Source: Selaginella moellendorffii
Lineage: Eukaryota; Plantae; Lycopodiophyta
Assembly: GCF_000143415.4 (NCBI RefSeq)
Contig: NW_003314353.1
Span: forward strand, 467,785-531,784
Reading direction: 5' to 3'
Length of the DNA: 64,000 nt
Shown here piece by piece: positions 27,813 through 42,272 of the stretch. Each line of letters opens with the position of its first letter. The first letter of the stretch is position 1. Made by a program: the position numbers and the translations under genes. The notes beneath the pieces are model-generated. The model worked only from the letters and a program-made list of their open reading frames with translations, ran no database searches and had not been told where the DNA came from.

Positions 27813-30800
27813 ATTTGGTATCGGAGCTGTTCCTTAGTCCGACTTTTATTGGTGCTCAAGTATATCATCACTAGTGTTGGCATCGGAAGGTCCGAGGAGT
27901 GGGCCTATCCTTGAGGAGTAGCAAGTCGGGAAGACATGGCTCTCCATTACAGTTCATGTGTGAACTTGTAGACGAGGTGGTGGATAGAAAAGGGCCAATA
28001 ATGGAACGACTTTGGGATCTTGGGAACAGTGCAAGGTTTTCCTCATTGAGTTGAGGATGTGATCCGGATGAGCATTTGTCTCAGCAAATTGGCTAAGGTT
28101 GTTGTGGTAAACAACTAAAGCTGGGATCACGGGAAAGATAGAGACTCCAAAACAATAAAGGAGTCACAAGATTATCCTCATATAGTTGAGGTTGGTGCTC
28201 ATGAATGTGAGACCAGAGGTAATGACCGTGGGAGGTTAAATACGGAAGAGGACTCAAGTCCTTGAAATGGTAGCCGGGGCTACCTTTAATAAATGCTGGA
28301 ACAACCCAAGGAGTTGGGGGGTGTACTTAGAGATGAGTGGTATTCTCATCGCATGGACAAGTAGTCCTAAGGGGCAAAAGTTGCCCCCAGAGAACAAAAT
28401 CAAGTGTCGGAGTAACACTTGTGAAAATAGTCCTTTTGAGTAGGACAGGAATGCAGGAAGTGTATTCCAGTGAGCTAGTGCCTCACAAGTGGGACCTTCC
28501 GGGTCTGTGGATGAACCAAGTCCAAAACTGTTGGATGACTCAAGTAGAGTCAAGGAAAGGTCCTAAAAGGACTGATTGAAGCATTTGGACTGAGGTGTGT
28601 TGTACCCCATGAAGGATGGGGGGGGGGATCATAGGATCCAAGGATGGGAACTGAGGGTATCTCATCGATGGCAAAATGTGCCATGCTAAAGTTATGGGAA
28701 AGGTGTTCCCAGAAGAAAACAACTTTGACACAAAGTTGTGTGTGACCTCTATGGTGCAGTGCTAACGGATGGTTGGCATGAGAAAGAGCGGGGTTGGTCT
28801 TGGCAAAGACTTAAACACGAAGGGGAAGTGTCATAGAGGTAGGCTCGTGGAGCCGATGGTGTGGAGACACCAAATGTGCCAAGGTGTAATACCTTGAGGC
28901 TATGTTGGTGGGTTCATGAGAACCCCTTGCCAAAGGAATCCCAATGGAAATGGGAATGGCATAGCCTAAGCCGTAGAGCATGCAATTGGAGTGTGGTGAC
29001 CCAGATAATGATGGAGGTATGAAAGCACCAAGCAATGAGTTGTAGGACTTGACAACTATGAGGCAACTAAGCAAGAGGTGCAAAATAACTGGCTAAACGG
29101 GTAGAGGGTAGCTACCCAAGACTTCTAGCATAGGGAAGTCAGATATACCCTTACGGGGGATAAGTTGCTTATGTTGCGATATAGTAAGTCAATGTCATAA
29201 AAGGAAATACTCATTGTCAAGAAAGCCATCATTGGGACACCCGAACACTCTAGAACACCAGAAGGTGGTGTTTAATGTCGCGAGGGCAATGGATAAAGCC
29301 CAAGGGATTAAGTCCTTAGCGAATGATGGATAGAAGGTGCTATCCAAATGTCCAAGGTTGCGGAGACAGGAGAGGACTGTCTACCCAAGTTGGACAAAGC
29401 CAAAAATGGAATTTTGGCAAGGCTAGTGATGGGCATGTAAAGGCCCATAAGCAACAATGTAATCCCACTGTGTGGGATTATAAGATGAGCATACCCGGAT
29501 TGAGGAACCACTCCCTGGGCTATTGGGTAGGTTCATCCCTAAGAATACTTGCTAAGGCATGATAGAAAGTGCAAAGCTATCCTCCTGGTCTGGAGGAGAA
29601 TGACCAAAGGAAAGGTGTGAAGCCAAAAAGCAAGAAGTAAGGGGATAGAACCGAACCGTAGGAATCAAAGGGCATAACCAAGGTTGGTTATGCCAGCTGG
29701 GAGTGGAGAATCAAGTGGGGGCTCGAGGGTGTTGCCGCTAGCAACCGTGATGCCATGGAGAGTCTAAAATATGGAATTGTCCATGTTAGACTATGTGGCA
29801 TTTGGAAGGCTTGCAAAAAGGGAGGCCTTAGCAAGCTGAGGGACAGAGTTCCTTCAAGGTTCCCAAAGACGATTCTAGGTAGTTTAGTACCTAGAAAGGC
29901 CAAGTGTAAATGGTTCATGGAACGCGCGAAATCAGAGTGGCGCAGCAGAAGCGTGGTCTTGAAGCTTGCCATGAGGCAAGGCTATCAAGGTTAGGGAAGT
30001 AGTTCCCGAGTGTTCAAAGAGAGGGCTTTGAACGAAAGTCGATGGTCAAGGACTTTCACGCTTATGCAGGAACCATGTTACAGTGGTCGGAGGACTTGCC
30101 AAGCGAGATTGGCACGTCGGGGGAACAAATACCCTAGTTGAAGGTGATAACTTCAAAAAGGGGGGGGCCATGGGGCCGAGCATGGAGGAGTCCATGCATG
30201 ATCACAGACATGTCAAGTGAGAGGACTTGGCAGTGTGGAGGAACTAGGTTCCTAAACTGTAATCTGTAGCGCGCTTTAAAAATAAGTTGGTGCACCGGCG
30301 TGGGGAGTCACGCCAGGCATCTTGTGTGATGCCGTCCGTAGATGCATATACGGAGGTTGGGTTCGAGTCCCGACCCTCTAGTGCTTGGGTTCGAGTCCCA
30401 AATCACTAGGGCGTGGTGATGGTTTGGAATATGAGGACACTCATATTTCGGTGGTCATGGACTCTCAGTGGGGAGACTGGTTTGGGCACACCGCCAAGCG
30501 AGGGATGCCTCGGAGTCGTGATGCATGGTTAGATTGCTTAGTGTGAAAGCTCGGCATATCTAACTTGAACGCTTTGGTGCAAGTGGCACCAAGGACGTGG
30601 TGAGTGAGATGGGGACACCTAATCTCAGTTGCTATGGACCCTTGGCCGTAAGGGCTGGCTTGGGTGCACCGCCAAGTGTGGGGGATGCCCCCGGGGTCAT
30701 GGTCAACAACTTAAAAAGTCTAGGAGACTTAACACCTATTGGCAAACCTGTTAAGGTGCCAAGGTTAGATCACTAGGTGATCTTATGGCCAGAACAAGGA

Positions 30801-31903
30801 TGAGGTCCTTGTGAGGTTAAGGAACAAGGTTCCTAGTTCAAAGCATTGATTTGAACTATTGATAATGGTGTGGCTTGGTCAAGGTGACCAAGTGGGAAGG
30901 ACACCTAAGGAAATGAACTACGACAATACAATGGCATTGTGAGTTCAAAGTAGTCTCTAGGAGAGACCCATGGGAGGGTCACAAAGTTGGGCCGTGGAAG
31001 GGGCCCATAGCAGGAAATGCTAAAGAGACCTACTAGGGGTGAGCACCCTTTGGACTTGGCAAAGTGGAGCTTTGCCATGAAACCAAAAGAATACCTCAAG
31101 GAGGGAGGTAGTGATCCGGTGTTGCTTGATGCAACAATCAATGGATAGGAGCAAAAGATGAGTGGCCAAGATAGGGCCGTGGAATCCCTTGGAAGGAATC
31201 CAAGAGGCAAAGTTAGGCGAGGAACACTAATGTGTTGGACGCTAACAAATTGCGGGAAAGGAAGTGTGTTTCCAAGGAGGGATTCCGAAATGCTCCGATT
31301 TGGCGAAAGGGGAAGCTCCAAGGGAGGGAGCGGTAAGGTAGCCAAATGATAGGGCCATGAACAGCCCTAGCATAAAGTATGATAACTGGAACTTTGGCAC
31401 GAAATAGAAGAGAGGATGATGGTGTCCTCAAGTAGAGAACTTCCTAGGATGGGAAGTGGAGTTGCACAAAAGGTGCAAGGCAAGGTGTCGGAGACACCTA
31501 GGAAATTGACTCCAAGAAGTCAAAATTCAAAGTTCCAAAGTGCAAAGGTTATATCGATGGAAATTGAGACTACTCGAGAAAGAGTAGTGGGATTGACTTA
31601 GAGAAGGGTCTCTAAGAGGTTTAGCGGGAACTAAACCAATAAAAGGAGAGAACCACTACATGTGGTCCAATTAGTCTCTAAGTTGGAAAGACTACCCTCC
31701 TTAGAGGATGGGCAAGGCATGGTGAGCCTTTGGTGTCAAACCATTGAAGAATATGCAAAAGGCATGGTGAGCCTTCAATGTCAAACCCTTGACAAATATT
31801 GGCTAGGTGCCAAGGATGGAAATGGTAACACGTGCGGGTGTTACTTTATAAAATGGTTTACCGTTCGATGAGGACATCGAACTTCGTCTATGGGTGGTGG
31901 AGT

Positions 31904-32565
31904 TGTGAGACACAAAATCCCTAGGCCCCAAAGTGGAGCCGGAAGGGCGCCACATGGTAGTGGCCGAAGCGAGAGCCAAACGAGCGTAACACGTTTGGAC
32001 CAAAAGCTCCGACTTGAGAAGTCAAGAGCGGGAGTGGAACTCCCAATGAAGTGCTCGAGGAATGAGCACGAAGCGAGCAAAAGGCAAGGCTCCAAAAAGG
32101 GACCCAAAAGGACCAACACATGACACGTGGGAGTGTCCGAGATGGACTCGAGTTGGAGTCCGAAGTGGAGTCCGAGATGGACCCGAGATGGAGTCCGAGA
32201 TGGAGTCCAAAGTGGAGTCCGAGGTGGATCCGAGATGGACCCGAGTTGGAGTCCGAAGTGGAGTCCGAGATGGACCCGAGTTGGAGTCCGAAGTGGAGTC
32301 CGAGATGGACCCGAGATGGAGTCCGAGATGGAGTCCGAAGTGGAGTCCGAGGTGGACCCGAGATGGACCCGAGTTGGAGTCCGAAGTGGAGTCCGAGATA
32401 GACCCGAGATGGAGTCCGAGATGGAGTCCGAAGTGGAGTCCGAGTTGGACCCGAGATGGACCCGAGTTGGAGTCCGAAGTGGAGTCCGAGATGGACCCGA
32501 GATGGACCCGAGATGGAGTCCGAGATGGAGTCCGAGATGGAGTCCGAGATCGAGACCGAGACCGG

Positions 32566-32597
<32 letters not shown>

Positions 32598-33707
32598 TCG
32601 GAACCGAGACCGAGACCGAGGCCGAGGCCGAGACCGAGCCCGAGCCCGAGTCCGAATCCGAATCCGAGTCCGAGTCCGAGTCCGAGTCCGAGTCCGAGTC
32701 CGGAGCCTGAGAGGGTGAAAGCCCAAAGCGTTCGTCTCCCAGACCCTGGGGGGTTTGGTGAGCTCCAAAAGTATAGTAGGGGGGAGGACTGCAGTGGAGC
32801 CAGTTTGGCCAGGAAAGGCCAGTTTGGCCCAGGAAGGCCGGACCCAGTGTTGGGTGAGGAGCTGCCCACTGGGAAGTCCAAGACTAGAGTGAACACAGAC
32901 CGACAAGTGGGGTAGCTTGGTGAAGTGTTCAAGAGCCGGCTCTAGTTCCCCCGGGAGATCGACTGGCCGATGCTCCCAGTCCAAGTGTGGGTGGCACTAC
33001 CTACTTGGATACCTGTTGTGGCTCAACGGAACCTCGCTCTAAGCCCATGGCTAGAGCACCTAAAGGCGAAAGGCGAGGAGAGTACCCAGGTGGCTTGCGT
33101 AAGGCCACGGTGTTCCGAAATGTTGTCCCAAAGGCCCAGACTGTGGAGAGGAAGAGGCGTAGTCCTCTGGGGTAGTGACCAAGGACACAGTCGTGTGGTG
33201 AGGAAGTCCCAGAGGACCGTGGGACTTAGTGGTCGGGCCTGTGGGTCTCGATCCAGTGGCAGTGTTGGCAAACACGGCCAGGGGCAGAAAGGGACTTAGT
33301 GGGGACTGACAGAGGGATATTGGGGAAGGCTATTCCCCTTGTCGGTGGGCATCCTAAGGATGCTAAGGAGTGGATCTGAGATGACCACTCACGGATGGTT
33401 TGCCTAGTCTTGGAGAGCCAAGACTGTGATGCAAGTGGTAGTGGACTACCAGTGTGGCAAAGGTGATTGGGCATGGCTTTAGCGTAACGGGCTGCTATGT
33501 CGGTGGTACCTTTGAGTGTCGGTCATGGGATCGGACACGTGGAGCACTTGGACCAAGTGCAAATGTTGAGTGGCATGGATGCCATTCTCGGGGCTAGCAA
33601 GTCCCAAGTCCTGGATTGGACTTATGGAGGTTGTGAACGAGACTCCTCCAAGTGGTCGGAGGTGTGGTTAAGTGACTAAAGTAGAATGGAAAAATTAGTC
33701 GCTTACA
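31904..33707 (+). repeat. LARD 3' LTR (1804 bp)
   Basis: Near-identical to the 5' LTR at 25961-27812; followed by TSD CCTTT. Confidence 0.95.
32130..32702. repeat. LTR minisatellite in the 3' LTR
   Basis: Same units as the 5' copy; 48 bp shorter overall. Confidence 0.95.
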
Positions 33708-35167
33708 CCTTTATGTGTTGCTATTTCCAATTTTTATGGGATGTGATTACACAATTTGTCTTGTTTTTAATGTTTTGCCATCTTTTATTGATATGGAGTG
33801 TAACCATGACATCGATTGGCGAACTATGGATGATACAGTCTAATTCTTGGAGAATGTTCAAGGATTAAATTTATGGGAAGACAATGTTTACGAGCTTGAT
33901 TGGATTTTAGATTGTTTTGATAAGTTTGATTATTATATAGATAGGTTTAGAGATGAAGTGGAGATTTTGCGGGGTAGATATTCAATTCTTCAATTTTTCA
34001 TCTGATCCTTTTTTTTACCTTTTTCTCTTTCTCAACCTTTTCTTATTTATCAGTTTGAGCCACCTTTTCATATTCCTAGTGTTCCTTCCTTATTTGTAAT
34101 ATTTCCTTTTTCTAACACATCAATTATTTTTATTGTTATAATTCTTATTCTCAGTCTAGTGTTGAGTTGAGTGTTTTCTATCCTCTTCATATTAAATTGA
34201 ATGTTAAGTATATGCATGAAGTTGAGAATCTTGTTTTTGTTTCATTAATAAAGTCTTTGATCAATTCTAGTGTTAAATATTCCCATGTTCCAAGAGTTAA
34301 GTCACTCTGGCTAGAGTTTCAAGTTGAGTGCATGTCCCTAATTGAGAGTGCCACTGAAAGCCTTTAATTTATTATTTTTGCTGAGGAGTTTATGTATTCC
34401 CTTAAGAGTATAGACATTATTATTAATTTTTTTGTCTCAAGTGTTGAGTAGTGCATTAAAGAGGTTGAGCAGTGTGAATCTTTTATTTATATTGTGGTGG
34501 CGGAAATATTTTATGATAGGAAGTCTCTTATTTTCCAAGCTTTGAGCACATATCTTTCTTTTAATTTCCTTTCTTTTTGTCTTTAACATTTTAATTTTCT
34601 TTTTCTTTAGAAGGAAGGGGTAGAGGGGATGGATGGGAGTACGACCCTAATGATGGAGTGAGGACAATCTATAGTGCACGTGGTTTTCACCCTTTATCCT
34701 ATGGTAATTTATTATAGGATAACCATGAAACAAAACCTAAGCCTTTCATATGCCACATGTTAGATGCCATGTGCCATATGCTACACGTCCAAGGATAGTG
34801 AAGTGAACCCAAGTTTCAGAGACTTAGGCCATTGAATGAAAGAATGGAGCTAAACTCTTAAGTATGGAGTAAAGGAGCAGAGGTACTAAAGCACAAAACG
34901 ACTTCTAAGTGTACAACCCAAAGAGCAAAGGGATACAAACACTTCAAGACTTAATAAAATCCAACACTACGGACTAAACGCAATTAAATACTATTAACAG
35001 AGATAGAATTAATATATTAACATGGAAAAACCATGCAAGTCAAATGATATGATTCTCTGCAACACTATCCAATAAAGCAAGCCTATCACTGATAAATCTT
35101 CATCAAGCGAAGCAAGTGTCAAAAGTCTTCGACAAAGTCTACAAGTAATCACTAATCAAAAACTTAT

Positions 35168-35209
35168 TTTAGGGTTTAAATTCTAAACCCTAAATCCTAA
35201 ACCCTAAAA
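35168..35209. repeat. Short interstitial telomere-like repeats, inverted
   Basis: TTTAGGGTTTA followed by TAAACCCTAAATCCTAAACCCTAAA. Confidence 0.6.
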
Positions 35210-38200
35210 TGGCAACCAACAACCACCTTTAACAAAATTCAAACACAAAACTCATGTCATCGAATTATATATTTGTCCAACAAAAACGGGTACAAAATAT
35301 AAAAACATAGACAAGCACAAACTAAATGACTACTCAAATCCAATCATATAACAATAAGCTCACAAACATATATAGCCAATATCTCATAGTCTTCACTTTA
35401 GTTGCGACTAAGTGTTGATCATGCATAGCTAGCCTCTTTGAAACTAGACTCATATTGGTATATAACCTTTTAATAGACAAAGTTATAGTACAGGTACTAA
35501 CATCTCAACCTAAAAAAACTAAGTTAGACATCATCATCTTCAACCAAGGTATAAGGCTATTAAAACTAAATCAAGATCAATGAAAGCTCACCATTCTCAT
35601 AGAGTTTAACGAAATGTAAAGTGTAACCTGCCATCAAATATAATACCATAAAAGAAAGGCATAATGGTCATCTTTCCAAAAAAAAGTAATAGCCATTTTT
35701 TTACATCACCTTTTTAAAAAAGCGCAATAAGCATTTAACTCCATATTTTATCCAACTCAATTGCCTTAGCCATAAAAAGTTAACATTCCTTTTAAGTCAT
35801 ATCATACAAACTATTTAGTAATGTTTAAGCTAACCAAAGTCAACTCCAACCCTTTCATTAGTTTGTACTAACTTACGAAAAAAAATGGTTTTTGAAAAAA
35901 ATGATTAACAAATTAGCTATTGGAAAAGTCTAAGAAATTTTTTTTTCATCAATCTAGAAATATAAATTCTCAAAATTCAACCAACTTCCTACTACCAACA
36001 ACTTCATATAGGTTTACCTCAACATAGATTCTCATGACCCAACAATATGTTTAAGCATCAAATATCTTGCCCATATTTCTGATATCTAACATTGACATCC
36101 GTAAATGCAAATGAATACCAAAAACTTGATTACAAAGACCACATCTTTAGACATCCACATTGCAATAATGGTTTTCTTTAATCACCTTCAAAATCCAATA
36201 TGAAACAAAAATATTAATAATAAAAATGATATGGAAAATTAAGCTCTAAGGAAAGTTCTTCGTTATCTCCACTAACACAAATGTTAACAAGTTAATACTT
36301 TAGTTACACACTTTCTCCATCCAATAATTTATTCCAAGTGCTAAGGGATTTACTAACAAGCTATAGCAAATACATGCCATAACCTTTTCCAACACTATAA
36401 TGAACAAACTCCAAAGGAACCAAGGTACCAATTCAAATTTAGCATAATAGATTATCATCGAGAACCAAGTCAAAGTTACTTTAATGTTACTATTTGCAAG
36501 TAGACTAGCTTCATTTTCAACCATTTTAGGGTTGATCATTGTTTAACCAAATAACTTCATATACATATTACTCACGATCACATAGATATGATATATCACA
36601 ATGACTTGATTATTAATCGAGCAATACATAGCTCACTAATAAAGATTTACAACACTGAACATCACCAACTTTATTCATAATATAGACAAGCTCATACCAC
36701 ACTCTTTCCGACCAAACTCAAAATTAATTTTACACCAACCTACTCAAAGAGTAATAATAAAGTTCCTTGAAAACAAAATTGAGCATTATAACTGAAGACT
36801 TCAATAGCAAACTTAAACAAAATGGTTTAGCACTTCACCACTATCCATCCCACGACTCACCACTTGTAAGACCACCATAATTAACATGCATCAAAATTGA
36901 CACTAATTGCATAATGTAAACATAAGCAATTCATACCTCATTACTAAATCATCTCTCAAAGAAAAAAAATAATTTATGTGTTTGATTCTTCCTCCTTAAT
37001 GACTCTTTTTTGGACTTTACTTTGACCAAACCTCAAGTTTACATTTGCACTATCTTCAGTCTAATCCAAGAAAAGTTTATAAAAGAGCATGACAATGACT
37101 ACTTGAACCAATAAATTAATCCTTACAGTTGATTGATCCACTTATAATCATGCCTAGGAAGGATCCACTAGTGTTATACTAAAAAGCTATAGATTAGATT
37201 ATTTGCCACTCTTCACAAACCCCTCAATATTCACTAAATGATAACTTATTGTATCTACCAAACACCCTTGCTATCATGCACCTTGTGTTAGTTTTGTTCA
37301 GTCATAATTGTTATTTATAAAATGTGTCTAGATTTGCTAATTTGGCATATTTATAAAATATAGAAATTATCCTGAACACAATGGTGTTTGTCCCATGCCC
37401 AAATTTGCAATCTAACACCATTCTATATTTAGTAAATCTTCCCTGGGTTCCCAACACGAGCAAGTGCAAGTTAACAACATAAGTTTCTCATCACTATGAT
37501 AAGTATGTCTAACTAAATGACAATTTAGGATTTCCTTCCTTAGTGCCTTTCTTGTCTAAGTGCACATGTGATAACCAGTTTCTCAATTAATTTAGACAGA
37601 GATTGGTAAAGAGTTTAGCAATACCAACCTCTTGTTGTCGTGGCAGTAAAGAAAAAATATTTGAAAGGACTAACCAATAGATAATTTTTGATACCTACAG
37701 TCATTTGCGATACGAGTAAATATGATAATGGAGCGAAGATGAATGACATAGTTTATGGAGTGAGGATGAGCATAACAAGTTTGAATGGAACATTTAACCT
37801 CAATATAGTGAAGTTAAATGGATGTGATAGTGGAATGAGGACGAGCATAACAAGTTTGAATAGAGCTAGTGCTTCAAAAAAAAAATTCTTTTGAGAAAGG
37901 GATAAAAAGGATATGAATGATAAATAGAGTAAGTCTAATTTTCTATATGCAATGCTAGATAAAGATGAAGAAGCAAGTTTTATTTATAGTTGTGAGTTTG
38001 AGTTAATAGTGATTTTGGAGAATTATCGGCAGGCAAACTTAAAACACGGGATATATCACTTGTTACAAGGGCATTTAATAGACTATAGTGGTTATCAAAG
38101 AATTTTACTTTAGTTCAAAGTTATGATTTTAAAGTTAATTTAAGCATTTAGCAGTTGCATATACTAATTCATCAAGATTTTGTAATTAATTGATATTTAT

Positions 38201-39508
38201 ATTATAACTTTGGATTTTATTTTAGTCAAGATTGTCAACAGTTTTCTTGGTGATTTTATGAGAGTTTTAAATTCTTGTGATAATCTATAATCACCTAGTA
38301 AAAGCACTTGATTTATTATCATTATCTTTTTATCTTTCGAAGAGGAGGATAGTGTAAAATTTGTAAATATATATATATATTACTTTGGTTAGATAATACA
38401 TTAATTATAGTCTATTTTGGATTAAATCTAGTTCATCCATTCTTATATATAAGCAAGGGTCTAAACCCCAATTGATATATCTTTTCCTATATCCCGAGCA
38501 CTCATAAGTGGAAATATACCATTATATTGTTATATATCTTCTTATGAATTTATTAATTTGATGCAAATAATATAATCACCCTTAAAAAATAAATTTTATT
38601 ACTTTTATAATATTTATATTTTAGAACTTGAAGAGTGGAAGAAATTTAAGAAATTTAAGACATTTTTAAAATTAACAATTCATTTAATTATGGATGAATG
38701 TTTGCATTTTAAATAAAAAATAACATAATATATTCTATCGTGATATTTTTGACTGACTTCTTGAAGATAGGAATATATTATTCCTGAAAGACCTTCAGTC
38801 TTTTACTCTTTTGTAAGTTCCTTAATTCAATAAATACATTTGATATATATTCAATAAATATATATAAATAAATGCTATTACTTATAAATTGATGAACCAC
38901 ATCATAGTTATTAAATTTATTTTCTCTTAATAAATTTAACTAAATAGTTGTATGAAAAAATTATGCCTAAATTGAGATTTTTACATGGTTTCAATGACTG
39001 AAATTCTAAATGTTGGCTTGTTGTAAATAAAAAACAGTGAAAATACTCTATGCATCTCATGGTGTTTTAAATTCTGGGAGATACATCAGGTTTCTGTGAA
39101 ACCTAAACCCTCACCAACTGAGTTGAGAGATAATATCCAACTTGGTCCATTTCTTTCCTAGTCTTCTCCTGAACTTTACAAAGAACTACCTTTATGAGAG
39201 CCTTCCCATGCGGTTGTTTCCTTGCGGTGGATCCCTTCCCACACAGCCAATGTGGATCTTCATCCCAGCAAAGAGCAAAGTGATCCAAGGTAAGAAAACC
39301 CGTCACTAGTAACTAGAGTATCTTTAACCCGAACGTCCCTGATATCTAAGAGAATGGATGAAGGCGAATGGAAGAAATGGATCCAAAAGAGCTTGGATAC
39401 ACAAGGAGATCTTGGTTAATAGAGACACGCAACAAACATAAACACTCACAGACCATTTGCATTTCTGCTTTGAGCGCTTTAAACAAAATGGTAAGATTCT
39501 TTTACTTG

Positions 39509-41933
<2,425 letters not shown>

Positions 41934-42272
41934 TCTCGCCCCCTGGACTATAAACCCTAGAATTCCCGCGAGCTCGCGGCTCGGCTATGGCGGGGAGCAA
42001 ACTTGTGCCGGAAAATCCTGGAGCATCGCAGCCGTCCAGCGAGGATCCACTCAGCGCGCGATTCCCTCCACTAAACGTCATAGCCAAACAGTGAGATTTA
42101 AACCCTTTTTAGTCAAACGAACGATCATGATAGAGCCAATCGAACGGTCAGTTTTAAATAAAAATGACGGTTATGATCAAAGATAGTCGTCACAAAAATT
42201 AGGGTTCTTATTTTGAGGGTTTCTCTGCTCGCTGGCAATGCTGCTGGGATTCTAATCGATCCAGGCGATCCG

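Larger units (their letters stand above)
25961..33707 (+). mobile_element. Non-autonomous large LTR retroelement (LARD-like, probably Gypsy-derived)
   Basis: LTRs 25961-27812 and 31904-33707, both TG..CA. TSD CCTTT at 25956-25960 and 33708-33712. PBS TGGTATCGGAGC at 27816, PPT-like TGGGTGGTGGAG before 31904. The 4.1-kb interior has no recognisable gag/pol ORF. Confidence 0.92.
25581..38506 (+). mobile_element. Old degenerate LTR element hosting the LARD insertion
   Basis: Diverged direct repeats 25581-25673 and 38414-38506 (GGATTAAATCTAGT..ATCCAT.CTT.TATATAAGCAA..AAACCCCAATT). The 5' copy ends CA then TTGG (PBS-like). The 3' copy is preceded by purine tract GAAGAGGAGGATAG/TGT at about 38338-38355. 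The interior is AT-rich with no ORFs. Confidence 0.5.

Noticed and set aside
30352-30411. Bona fide tRNA gene
   Set aside because: Only T-arm-like hairpins are present, with no recognisable D-arm/A-box or anticodon arm.
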